A DNA stretch of 64,000 bases, from NCBI RefSeq assembly GCF_016432865.1, contig NC_067400.1, positions 335,110,001 through 335,174,000 of the forward strand. The letters are read 5' to 3'. The notes below the pieces were generated by a model. It saw only the letters and a program-made list of their open reading frames with translations, made no database searches and had not been told where the DNA came from. Position 1 is the first letter of the stretch, and each line of letters begins with the position of its first letter. Positions 12,581-22,750 of this stretch are shown here, in pieces. A program made the position numbers and the translations under genes. Source of the stretch: Antechinus flavipes. Its lineage: Eukaryota.

Positions 12581-13029
12581 CTCAAAAATGCTGTGAACTT
12601 TCCTGCTTCTCTGGCCTGACATACACTTTTTCTTCAACCCATAGTACCTTTCCTGGAGCTTCCCATCTCCAACTGTGACTAATGCCCCATTATTACCTAT
12701 TTTGAAGATATTTAATTTGTATTATTAATGTAAATTGTATTAAGTGATAATTAATTTGTATTGGATCTGAGCTTCTTATAGTGAAGTCCATTCATTGGGT
12801 GGGAGGGGAGGGAGGAGGCGGTAATTTAGACTGTAGTGATTTCACTAAGTTCCCAGGACTTGCTGTGTACATCCTTGATATTTGTCACTGCCATCTGCTA
12901 ATTAACTATCTGTGGTTAGTATCATTCTGGCAACTAGCTGCTTGAGAACTCATTGTTCACAATTCAGGAATCACTTGGACCTTTATTGAAAGACCTTTGT
13001 GAGAGTTCATTTTAAACACATTGCTTAGT

Positions 13030-13200
13030 TCCTTACTGAGCAAGTCACTTAACCTTGGTTTGCCTCAATTTCCTCAACTGTAAAATGGAGATAATAGCAC
13101 CTACATTTCAGGTTTTTGTGAGGATGAAATAAGATAATAATTGTAAAGTGCTAAACACAGTATTTGACATATGGTAAGTGTTGTATAAATGTTAGCTTTT
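13030..13200 (+). mobile_element. MIR-type SINE (3' part), source of the copy at 13906-14005
   Basis: 'gcaagtcacttaacc..gcctcaatttcctcaactgtaaaatggagataatagcacc' core and tail. Confidence 0.8.
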
Positions 13201-13443
13201 GTTATAAATTGAGATTTTTGTAAAGTGATTTACAAAGTAAAGTGATTTTTGTAAAGTGTGCACCTGGCACTTAGTAAACCTTCATAAATGCTTCTTCCTT
13301 TCCTTTCCCCTTCATGTCGCATGTTGGTGACAAGTCAGTTATAGTGTCGTAGGATTTCAGAACTGGAAGAGTCCTTAGAGATAGGCTATGTATCCCAAAC
13401 CTCTCATATGAAGGTGAAAATGAGGTAAAGTAACTTGAACAAA

Positions 13444-13620
13444 GAGCAGCGGAGTGGTGAAATAGATAGAATGCTGAGTCTGGGATCAGGAAGACTCTTT
13501 TTCCCTAGTTCAAATCTGACCTCAGACACTTACTAGCTATGTAAGCCTGGGCAAGTCTTTTAGGAGAACCCCAAATGAATTCATGAAAAGTTGGACATGA
13601 TTAAAATGACAGAACAACTA
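13444..13620 (+). mobile_element. MAR1 SINE with an internal deletion
   Basis: Head '..gggatcaggaagactc..ttcaaatctgacctcagacacttactagct' joined directly to the tail 'gagaaccccaaatgaattcatgaaaagttggacatga'. Confidence 0.7.
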
Positions 13621-13784
13621 CTCAACCAAGGTCATACAGACAATTAATTGGACTCCATCAAATATGAATGGAAATTTGGTGATCTTTGAGATCTTTTCCA
13701 TAATCAAAACCTATGATCCAGCTGAAAATCTGCTGTGCTTATGGAATCTGCTCCAAGTTCTCCAGTTAACAGACACTAAGTTTT

Positions 13785-14040
13785 TTTCTTGGATTTGGAG
13801 TCAAAAGATCTTGGTTCAAATTTCCATCATGATACCATCTATAGGACTTTAGGTGAGGCTCTTCCCTTGTAGGAATCAATTTTTTCATCTATGAAGTGAG
13901 GAAATCACCTACATTTCAGGTTTTTGTGAGAATGAAATGAGATAATAATTGTAAAGTGCTTTACACAGTATCTGACGTATGAGAAATGTTGCATAAATGT
14001 TAGCTAAATCCTAAAGCCCCAAGTCCTTTGATCTCGTGAT
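13785..14040 (+). mobile_element. MIR3-like SINE carrying a 100-bp templated insert
   Basis: 'ttggagtcaaaagatcttggttcaaat..catctatgaagtgagga' [insert 13906-14005] 'aaatcctaaagcccc'. Confidence 0.6.
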
Positions 14041-17000
14041 ACTTTTCTGAATTCCTTTTGCATTTGCTGTCTGAACTAGTTATTTGACAATTAATTAGTC
14101 ACATACTATCTTAGATTATTCTTTTATTTTTCATGTGTTTTCAGTGAGTTGGTTTCCAAATGAATTAATAAGCAAAAAGTATTTGTTAAGTACAGTAAAT
14201 TAACATACTTCTTCCAGAAACTAGGGCTCCAGAATTGGGATATGATGGGAGGGGAAGAATTGATAAAGCATGGCTAGAGTTTTTCTGAAATTGTAGACCA
14301 GATGAGACAATGAACAGTTAGGATTGTGTGACTTGTTTATGAGATCATAAACTCTCTAAGGAAATACATTCTTTATTTATCTGGTGTTATCCTAGAGCCC
14401 TTAGCAAATTATGTGCTGATTTTGAATGAATGATTAATTGAATGAAATAATCTGATATGGAAGACTAGACATTTCTTAATAGGAAAGCCCAACAGTGAAT
14501 AGCCTCTATTGCAAATGATGAGGAAGGGAAATTGCAGTAAAAATTTGATAAATTTGGAATTTCAGGTCCTGCTGAATTAAGGGGGAAAATGAATCTGAAT
14601 TGCAGACAATTTAGATCTGACACTATCTGAATGGATGCCAAGTCATATTTTAAGTCATACTGATTTTTAGGTCAGTTTCATTTGTTCTGAACTCTGATTC
14701 AGCCCTATTCACCTAACTGAATAATTTGTGACAGCAGTTGTTAGAGAGATACTAAAATGCAGACATTTTAGGGATATTGTTTGTGACAATTTCGCCTGGA
14801 TGTCAGAACGGAGACAGAAATGTCTTTATGACAACTATCTCTTTTGGGTCCTTTGCCTCTGGAGAAAAGTTTGGGTCAGCTTTTTGTGACAATCAGAAAT
14901 CTGGAAAACTCTTGAGAAGTCCAACTAAATATATCAAAATCTTGATTAATTAGAATGCCCAGGACTTGGCAATTTTGGTGAAAACTGACTTTTCTGATAA
15001 CTGAGGTTTAGCTGAAAACTGTTTCAAATCTGGTTGAAACCTGTCTCAAATATTGGAGTCTTTTTTTTTCTTGCCTTAGTAATAAGTGCATTTTTTGGGG
15101 GGATATTTTCCTGTGATTGAATCAAGTTAATGAGCATTTATTGAACACCTACTATATTCCCATTGCTGAATTTGGCATTGTGGACATATATTCTCATTGT
15201 ACAAGGTAATAATGGCAATATACTCTTTATATCTGTGTTATTGTCTCGCTAAAGTAAAACCGGGGGAAGAGCTGGAAATCACATAGCACAGACTTTTATC
15301 TGTCTAAATGCCATTGCTTCTTTTGACTTACCACCACATTGTCTGTCCTTAAGATAAATAGGAAAAAAAAAACTGATCTTTGGCTAGGGATGGGGTGGGG
15401 GAGGCTAGGACAGGCAGAGAACCAGAGAGGTGTTGGATGACACTGACCACTTGCATGGTACAAAGGAGAACCTAAATCAGGCCTGGTCCCTAGCCAAATT
15501 GTGGATTAAGAGAAGTTTATATTCCACATTTCCTTCCATATACCCCAGTATCCTTCTCTTATGAAGTCCTATTTTCATGATACTTTGTTTCTCCTCTTTC
15601 CCAGTTACTCTGGCCTGTCTCTGTTATTCATGTTCTCTTTACACTAAAATTCCTCTATTCTGTACCCAAGGTGTCAACTAAATAATCTGAGAAGCTAATC
15701 GAACAGAATAGTAGTTCCTTGATGGGAGAGACTGTTTCATTTTAATGATGTTTATAATTGAAACTCTTAGCACAGTGTGTTTTGACACAAAATAGGAGCT
15801 TAATGAGTACTTATTTATTGATTGATTACTTAGGAGCTAAGGAGAAAGAAGAGTGTCAATTCTAGGACCATTTCACTTAGATCATTATTGTATAGTTTCA
15901 GGTGAAGTGTGGGACAAAAATCTTCTTGATGCTTTCAAATAATGCCCCATAGGAAATCATTTTTTATACTTACAGTTATGACCTTCCTGCCAAGAGAACT
16001 AAATGCTTTTAAACAACCCTCTGCTGCAGAGCAGGCCAGCCTTGCTCCATCTCATTGTGGGTTGAATCACGTACATGCTCCTGTACTCAGGTTCATTTCT
16101 GAGGATAATTTATGCTCCTGAGTTTAGCCAGGCCCCTCTGGTAAGTGGAATTTTCTTCCATTAACAAAGCCAGAGCCCAAGGAGCTCCAACCAAACATCA
16201 TTTATGGTTGGATGGTGTTCAAGGAGTGCTTTTCTCATTCCCAATGAAGTAGCTAATTGCCTCACTTCCTCTTTTTCCATGCCTGAATAGTCTGCCACAG
16301 CCCGGCAGAGAGTCCAGATGTGACAGAGAGAGATAGCAAAGCATGTAATGAAGCAACCAGACCTGATAGAACACAGTGCCAGTGCGGAGAACAGCTTGGG
16401 AGCTTTAGGCAGAAGGAGTCCTGGGAGGCCTGTGTGAGCATGGTCTTCTTGGCTGAATAGAAGGAAGGGAATGATGTTTTTAGCTGTATTATAGGTAAAT
16501 AACTGTTGCCTGCTGCTAGTTAGTGAATCAACAAACATTTTAGTCCAGGCTTTCAAGGAGCTCACAATCTAATGGACTAGATAGTCTGCAAACAACAGTA
16601 TAAACACAAGGTGTATAAAATTTTAAAATGTTACTCCTTCCCTACATCACTTGCTAACTTTCTCCCTCCCCCCAACTTCTACTATTGGGAATAAGATAGC
16701 TTGAAAATCTATACCAATGCCTTTGCTATGCTTTATGCTTTTGCTATGTTTTCTTATTTATTTTCCCAATTTCTTCTGGTACTTTTGAAATAACCATTTA
16801 TCTTACTAGCATCACTGACTGGTCAGTGAGTTAGAAAATAATGAGGACAGCTTTATACTGCCCTCAGTATAACCATTAAGGAAAAATACAAAACACTTTA
16901 ATTCTTTCTGGAATGAAATTCCCTAAGTCCATCTCTTTGGGAAAAAGAAGCTGAACAATAGTTACAAGAACTACCTGCCTATTATACTTATTTTCTGAAA

Positions 17001-18051
17001 TTAAGACATTTGATATTGTTTCACTAAAGCTGGATTCCTCCCCATAACACATACACACACTTATCTCCCATCTTTTTTAATTTCACATTTGAACTTGAAA
17101 AGAATGCAGTTGTGATTTCTGAAAAGATTATAAATTCAAGTAATATTGACTTTACATAACAAAAATGAATGACATTTTTTAAATATTTCCCCACAATGCT
17201 GAAATTTTTATTAGGAAAAAGGTCAGAGGATAGGGAGAATGTCTACAAAGTCATGTTCCCTCAGGGAGTAACTTAAAATTTGGGCCAAGTCATTAGCATC
17301 CCACATTGCTCTCTGGGCACTCAGAGTGAATTGCCAAGCAGTGCAGCATAGCTTCCATGGTCACTGGCTTACCCATCACTGGCTGAGGAACAAGGTTATC
17401 AGAAATAGGGGTGCTGATTTGCATCCAAGATCCATATTCATTGCCAGGGCCTTAAAAAGGAAATTCTTTCTACAGCTCATCCTTCTTTTTACTCTATTAT
17501 CTTTCTTTTACTGCGGAGTTTCATGGGGTGGAAGATTGATTTTTTTCTAATTCCTTAGCAACTCCCCTTCTGTGTTGCCCTCAGTGCCATTACAGGTCTA
17601 GGCACATAGTAGGTGTTCAAGATATATAAGAAGGTGGTATAATTGCATACTGCATTATGAGTCAGAGAATAGCTAACATTATTGGTTGTGTCATTTCCCT
17701 ACAAGTTGGTGCATGTGAGCCTCTCCTTAGGCAGTTTACTATAGGAATCATGGCTTAATTTTCCTCTACAATTACTCAAATTTTCAGTTAGTCCTTACTT
17801 ATATCCTTGATTCCTTCTTCTTCCTACTCCTCTCCACCCTTAATATCCAGGTCACCATGTAATGTAAATGGAATTCAATCATATGAACATAGCATTTGCA
17901 GCTGACAATGCAAGCATGACTTAACTATATGGTGTTCTTTTATGCATAACAAGAGAAGCAAAAGGAATTAATCTTACTGCTGTGAAATAAGTATCTCCAG
18001 AGATGTGAGCCCATGGCCCTTCATTCTTGGGAAATTCCAAACCAGTCAAAG

Positions 18052-18220
18052 CAGGGGTTCTTAATCACTTGTATATCATTGACCCCCTTGATACTCTGGG
18101 GAAGCCTATGGATGACTTTTCAGAATATTGTTTTTAAATGCATAGGATTACAAAGGGACCCAGTTATATTGAAACGTTAAAAAAAAATTAGTTTCTTGGA
18201 CATCAGGTTGAAAACCCATA
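18052..18220 (+). mobile_element. hAT (Charlie-type) MER-like MITE
   Basis: TIR-like ends 'caggggttcttaatc' and 'ggttgaaaaccc'; internal 'gaagcctatgga..aaatgcataggattacaaagg'. Related copies at 26005-26240 and 45880-49880. Confidence 0.7.
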
Positions 18221-18689
18221 GTAAAAGATATGTCTTAAACCCATCACTGTAGGAACATAGTTCAGATGCATAAACTCAAACCTCCCAACAGCCATCTCCA
18301 CTGGGAGCTAGCAGCCAACTCTTAGAAGTTTTTCCACTCATTTGTTCTCATAGGATCAGTATCCAGTGTTAAACTCAGAACCTGAGTCATTAACACTGAC
18401 TGCTTTTTATTTTCTTCACCTCATTGTCTGGAACTTCTAACTTACTATTGGCTTCCTGGCATTCAATGATCGAGCTGTATAGAATCCAAATTGCTGCTTA
18501 TAGCTTTGTTCATTGCTAGTGAAGTAGACTCCATTCTCTTGTTCATGAATTGCCACTCTTCCCATGTCCTATGTTACTTCCATCTTTTCAGATGGTTTTG
18601 TATTGTCTTGGCTTGATGAATGAAAATGTCTGGAGAGGCAGTTTATTCCCTTCTCCTCTGTCCCCCAGTAGCACACAGATCATGACTTT

Positions 18690-19170
18690 GGATTATTGCA
18701 GAATTTCTTAATGATCTTCCGGTTCTACTCCCTCATTCCTTCAGTCCATCCAAGGTGTGACCAATACACTAATCTTAGTGTACCGGCTGCTCTGAGTAAC
18801 CACTCTGATCAAGTTATCCTCCCACTTAAAAATTTAAGTGACTTTTCATTTAGCTATTCTAAACTCCTGGAATTCAAAGCATATTTTATCTGATCCTGGC
18901 CAATTTCTGCAACTTAATTTCCTGTATTTGCCTCCTCTTTCCTCCCCTCTATTCCAGCTCAATTGGTTTACTCTTTGTCCCCTAACAGAGATTCTTATCT
19001 TGATACTTTTGTTCACTACCTTCTGGCTTCCTGAAATGCCCTTTCCTTCTCCTTTACTTATTTGCATCTACCTTTTTCATCAAAGGTTAGCTTGAATTCT
19101 AGTTTACATGAAGCTTTCTAACTCTTCTAACATTTTTCCTTTTGCCTCCTAGAGAATTCTTGTCAGTGCC
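18690..19170 (+). mobile_element. L2 3' fragment
   Basis: Pyrimidine-rich L2 body blocks ('ttatcctcccacttaaaaattt..tggcttcctgaaatgccctttccttctcc'). Confidence 0.6.
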
Positions 19171-19194
19171 ACTTATTTGTTATTGTTATTTGTT

Positions 19195-19830
19195 AGTTAC
19201 GTTTATATGTGTATGAATATATGTACACATGTAATATATACACAAATTTGCTATATGTATTGTCTGTGTAGGTGTGCGTGTGTGTAGTATGCACATTTGT
19301 AAAACAAATTTACATGTATATATGTATTCCTCAAAGTATAAACCTTTTCTTAAAAGACCATGCTAGAAACAATAGTTTTTGTAAGTTTACCAAACTTTGC
19401 AAAAGTTTCAGGCACCTGATAGTCATGGGCTTATTGTTTGTCATCTGATGATCAGCCTAGCAAAACACAGGTTGACCACAACAAGCTTGGTCACCAGTTT
19501 TTAATTTTGAGGCCCACAGAACTTTTCAAAGACAATCTACTAAAGTGTGGAAGAGAAGCTATTGCCTGTATTAGCAAAAGCAATATCCACAGTAATGACA
19601 TGATTATATATGTTGTGTATAAATATATTATATGTAAATGTGTATATGTAAGATGTAATATACATATATATATACACACACATCAAACGATCTCAGATGT
19701 CACTGCTATGGATATATTACTATATAATGAATAATCATATTTATATACACATGTTATTATTTGATCAATTTATTATACATACATATATAAGTAATACAAA
19801 TATATAGAACCTAAAGTTCACAAATATATA
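19195..19830. repeat. Degenerate (TA)/(TG)/(CA) low-complexity tracts (19195-19330, 19600-19830)
   Basis: Alternating purine-pyrimidine runs visible directly. Confidence 0.75.
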
Positions 19831-20419
19831 AGATATTTAAATGTTTTGGCTTAAATATTGATCTTTAATTGTTTAAAATTGCAGTATGACTTTTACAACA
19901 CTCTTATCTTCTGTCTCCTGTCTCAACTATTAATTTTTTGAGATCCAGAATGTTGATTTATATTTCTTTTTCTCCTTAATGCCATCTACATAGTAAGTAT
20001 ACAGTATCTATTTGTTAATGATACCAAGGATGTTTCGGGCCTCTTCAGGGTGTTTCATTTTCAAGCTCAGTTATCAGCATCTCAGCCTTTGGATGAACAT
20101 CCAATGAGACAGCTGAAGTTCAAGCCCAGAATATCTCTTAGAAGTTTGTTTCTAAAACTACATACCTGTTAACTTTGCCAATTTTTTTTCTTCTCTTTCT
20201 CCTTACTCCATTACTTGTGGAGTAATGAAGAAGGGGGTAGAGGTTGAGGCTTGGGAAAGGGAGTTCTAGTGTGTTGAGTTTCATTGAGATATAGTTAATT
20301 CAGTTGTTCAGGCATATTAGATGTTCTATTAAGTCCAAAGGAAAATATTCACTGTTCTGGAAGATTTGCCTTAGTCTTGCTAAAATTCTATTTTTGACAT
20401 AATGGTGTAAGATTCAATT

Positions 20420-20800
20420 TAATCCAATAGTCCTTTCAGTGTCTATTCTTTGGAAGGTATTGTGCTAGGCTCTGAGAAAATACACATCAAAATAAGAAGG
20501 TTCCTCATTTCAAGGAACACACACATATTCTACTGAGTAGCAGAGGGGGACATGGGAAAATGAGCTATGGTAGAGATCTGATATATAGAGATAATTCTAA
20601 TATAAAGCAGAAAAGCAAATGAAAGCTCTAATCAAACATGATACTCTTAAGGAAAAAACTGAGAAAAAAAAAGAGTGCTTTTTACCTGATGGAGCTGGAG
20701 TAAGAGATCAGGAAGGCTTCATGGAGGAGGTGACACCTGAGCAGAGCATTGAAGGAAGAGGATTCTGAAGGGCAGAGATGAGGTAGGAGAGAGGAAAAAG
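20420..20800 (-). mobile_element. L2 3'-end fragment
   Basis: 'gtgctaggctctgag..atcaggaaggcttcatggaggaggtgacacctgagcagagcattgaagga'. Confidence 0.7.
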
Positions 20801-21489
20801 GAGGAAAAATCTTAGATGCGGTACTGAAAATTGTTCAAACACAAATACCAAGTGCCAGAAAAAGGTACTAATCTTATAAATGACAGAGTAGATCACATCT
20901 TATCAAATGCTCTAGAGAAAGTCTGTGGAATGTGGATATTACAAGAGCAGCCTATATGTGACATTTTACTGATCTTCCTTCCAGAAATCAGCTCCAAAAA
21001 GGAAGACCCTCATCTTTTCCTTGCACCATCTCCTTATCCTGCTATCCTTCCCCCAACTAGCGTCTTATTCCTTAGACACAAGCCAGACCCAGAATCACCA
21101 CACCCCCTGCTTTTCTCCCAGATCATTCAAAATGTCAAAATGAGCCTTATCAGCAGTTCCCAAGAAATCAGCAAGAGCAAACTGTCAAACAGGGAAACAT
21201 AAACTATGTTCTCAGTAACAGAGAAAAGTAGGAAGTCCATGACCAGATGTTAGAATCATAATCTTTGCAGAAAATAATCAAAATAACCTTTTCTATTTGT
21301 GTAGATATTTAAGAATTTGAGTTTAGAATTCAACTAGTCCAATGCCCTTCTTTGATAGTGAAACTATGTTATATGGCAGTTAAATGATTTGCTCCAGATA
21401 CACAGAAGAGTCAAAATTGACTCTTCTGACTTGAAGTTTAAGGTTCTTTCTGTAAAAGTGAGAAATAGAGAGAGATAAAAGAAAGAATT

Positions 21490-21930
21490 AAAATTTCATA
21501 GATTTAGAGTTAGAAATGATCTTAAAAAGCATCTGGTTCATATATTTCATTTTACAAATAAGGGAACATGGAGTTGAGAAAGATTATATTAACATCCCCA
21601 AAGTCACAAAGGTGGTAGCAAAGCTAGGATTCAAAGCCAGGTCTTCTGACTCTGCATCCAGTACTCTTTCTCCCGTACCATTCTTCCAGAAGAATTACTC
21701 CAGCTGGCATCCCTATGCTCTGAATAACATGGAAGACTTGGAACTTAGGTTCATAGCTGACATAACTAGTTATGACTTCTCTGACCCTCAGTTTCTCATC
21801 TGTAAAGTGAGGATAATTACACCTTTTGTACCTACCTCATAGGTGTTTTTAGTTTCAAATGCAATAATGTATATGAAGCATTTTGCAAGCCTTAAGTACC
21901 ATAAAAATGTCATAGCTATTATTACAACAG
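21490..21930. mobile_element. Two head-to-head MIR SINEs (minus 21490-21700, plus 21700-21930)
   Basis: Reverse core 'cattttacaaataaggg..ggattcaaagccaggtcttctgactc' then forward core 'ctcagtttctcatctgtaaagtgaggataat'. Confidence 0.7.
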
Positions 21931-22524
21931 GTGTAAAAAATGATCCCAAGTATTAAGAAGGAGCCCATGAAAGGAGAGGTAGGATCTTTCCCTTTAGAAG
22001 TCTAGTTAATTTTGCAACTGATTCAAGGCTGAAGAGGAAAGGAGAACATATCTCAAAATTTTTCTTGGGATGCTTAGTGGAAATTTATGAGGATTTTTTC
22101 TTGAAATCTGCATTGCTTCAGCAATATTAGTCCTTCCTAATAATGACAGGGGACACCCAGTTCATTAGATTGTATCTTTCAGCCATCCTTACTAGAAGAG
22201 CACAAAATACTCATTGGAAATGAGCTGTGAAATCTGTTCCCTGAACAGCTGTCTCTCTCACATACTTACCCATATCCATGGATGAGTCATAAAGACACCT
22301 AAACCATGATTCCTTCAGGGACCAGAGAAGATAAATAGCAAAAGAGAAAAGAAGGAAAGGAAGAGCTTCCTAATAGGAATGAACTCTCTGAGGACCACAC
22401 ATTGTTAGGAAATTGAATTCCTTTGAACTAGAAGTTATATACTGATTTCTAGTATTAGCTTCATCACAAACTCCCCATGTGATCTTTTACAAGTTGTTTC
22501 TTCTGTCTAGATCTCAATATAATT

Positions 22525-22750
22525 AATAACTAACATTTACATAGCACTTATTATGTGCCAGGTCCTCACAACCATGGGAAATATGTGCTATTATTACCCC
22601 CACTTTACAAATGAGGAAACTGAGGCAAAGAGAGATTTAAGTGGTTTGCCTAGAATCACACAGTTACTAGGTATATGAGGCTGGATTTGAGCTCTGGTCT
22701 TCCTAACTCCAGTCCTAGTGTTCTATCCATTGAACCACCTAAATGCTTCT
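22525..22750 (-). mobile_element. MIR-type marsupial SINE
   Basis: 'ttacaaatgaggaaactgaggca..ctggatttgagctctggtcttcctaactcc..aaccacctaaatgc'. Confidence 0.8.

Noticed and set aside
18389-18402. Similarity of taacactgactgc to miR-141/200a (UAACACUGUCUGG)
   Set aside because: The match is limited to the first 8 nt plus scattered bases, and the hairpin is far too short for a pre-miRNA.
20899-21152. Three GATA (CTTATC) sites and the 123-aa ORF at 20831-21202
   Set aside because: Three hexamers in 250 bp is not rare enough across a 64-kb AT-rich window, and the ORF has no recognisable homology.
22262-22270. atacttacc as a U1 snRNA 5' end
   Set aside because: The following sequence does not continue as U1 (TGGCAGGGGAG); it is simply the complement of a splice-donor consensus.
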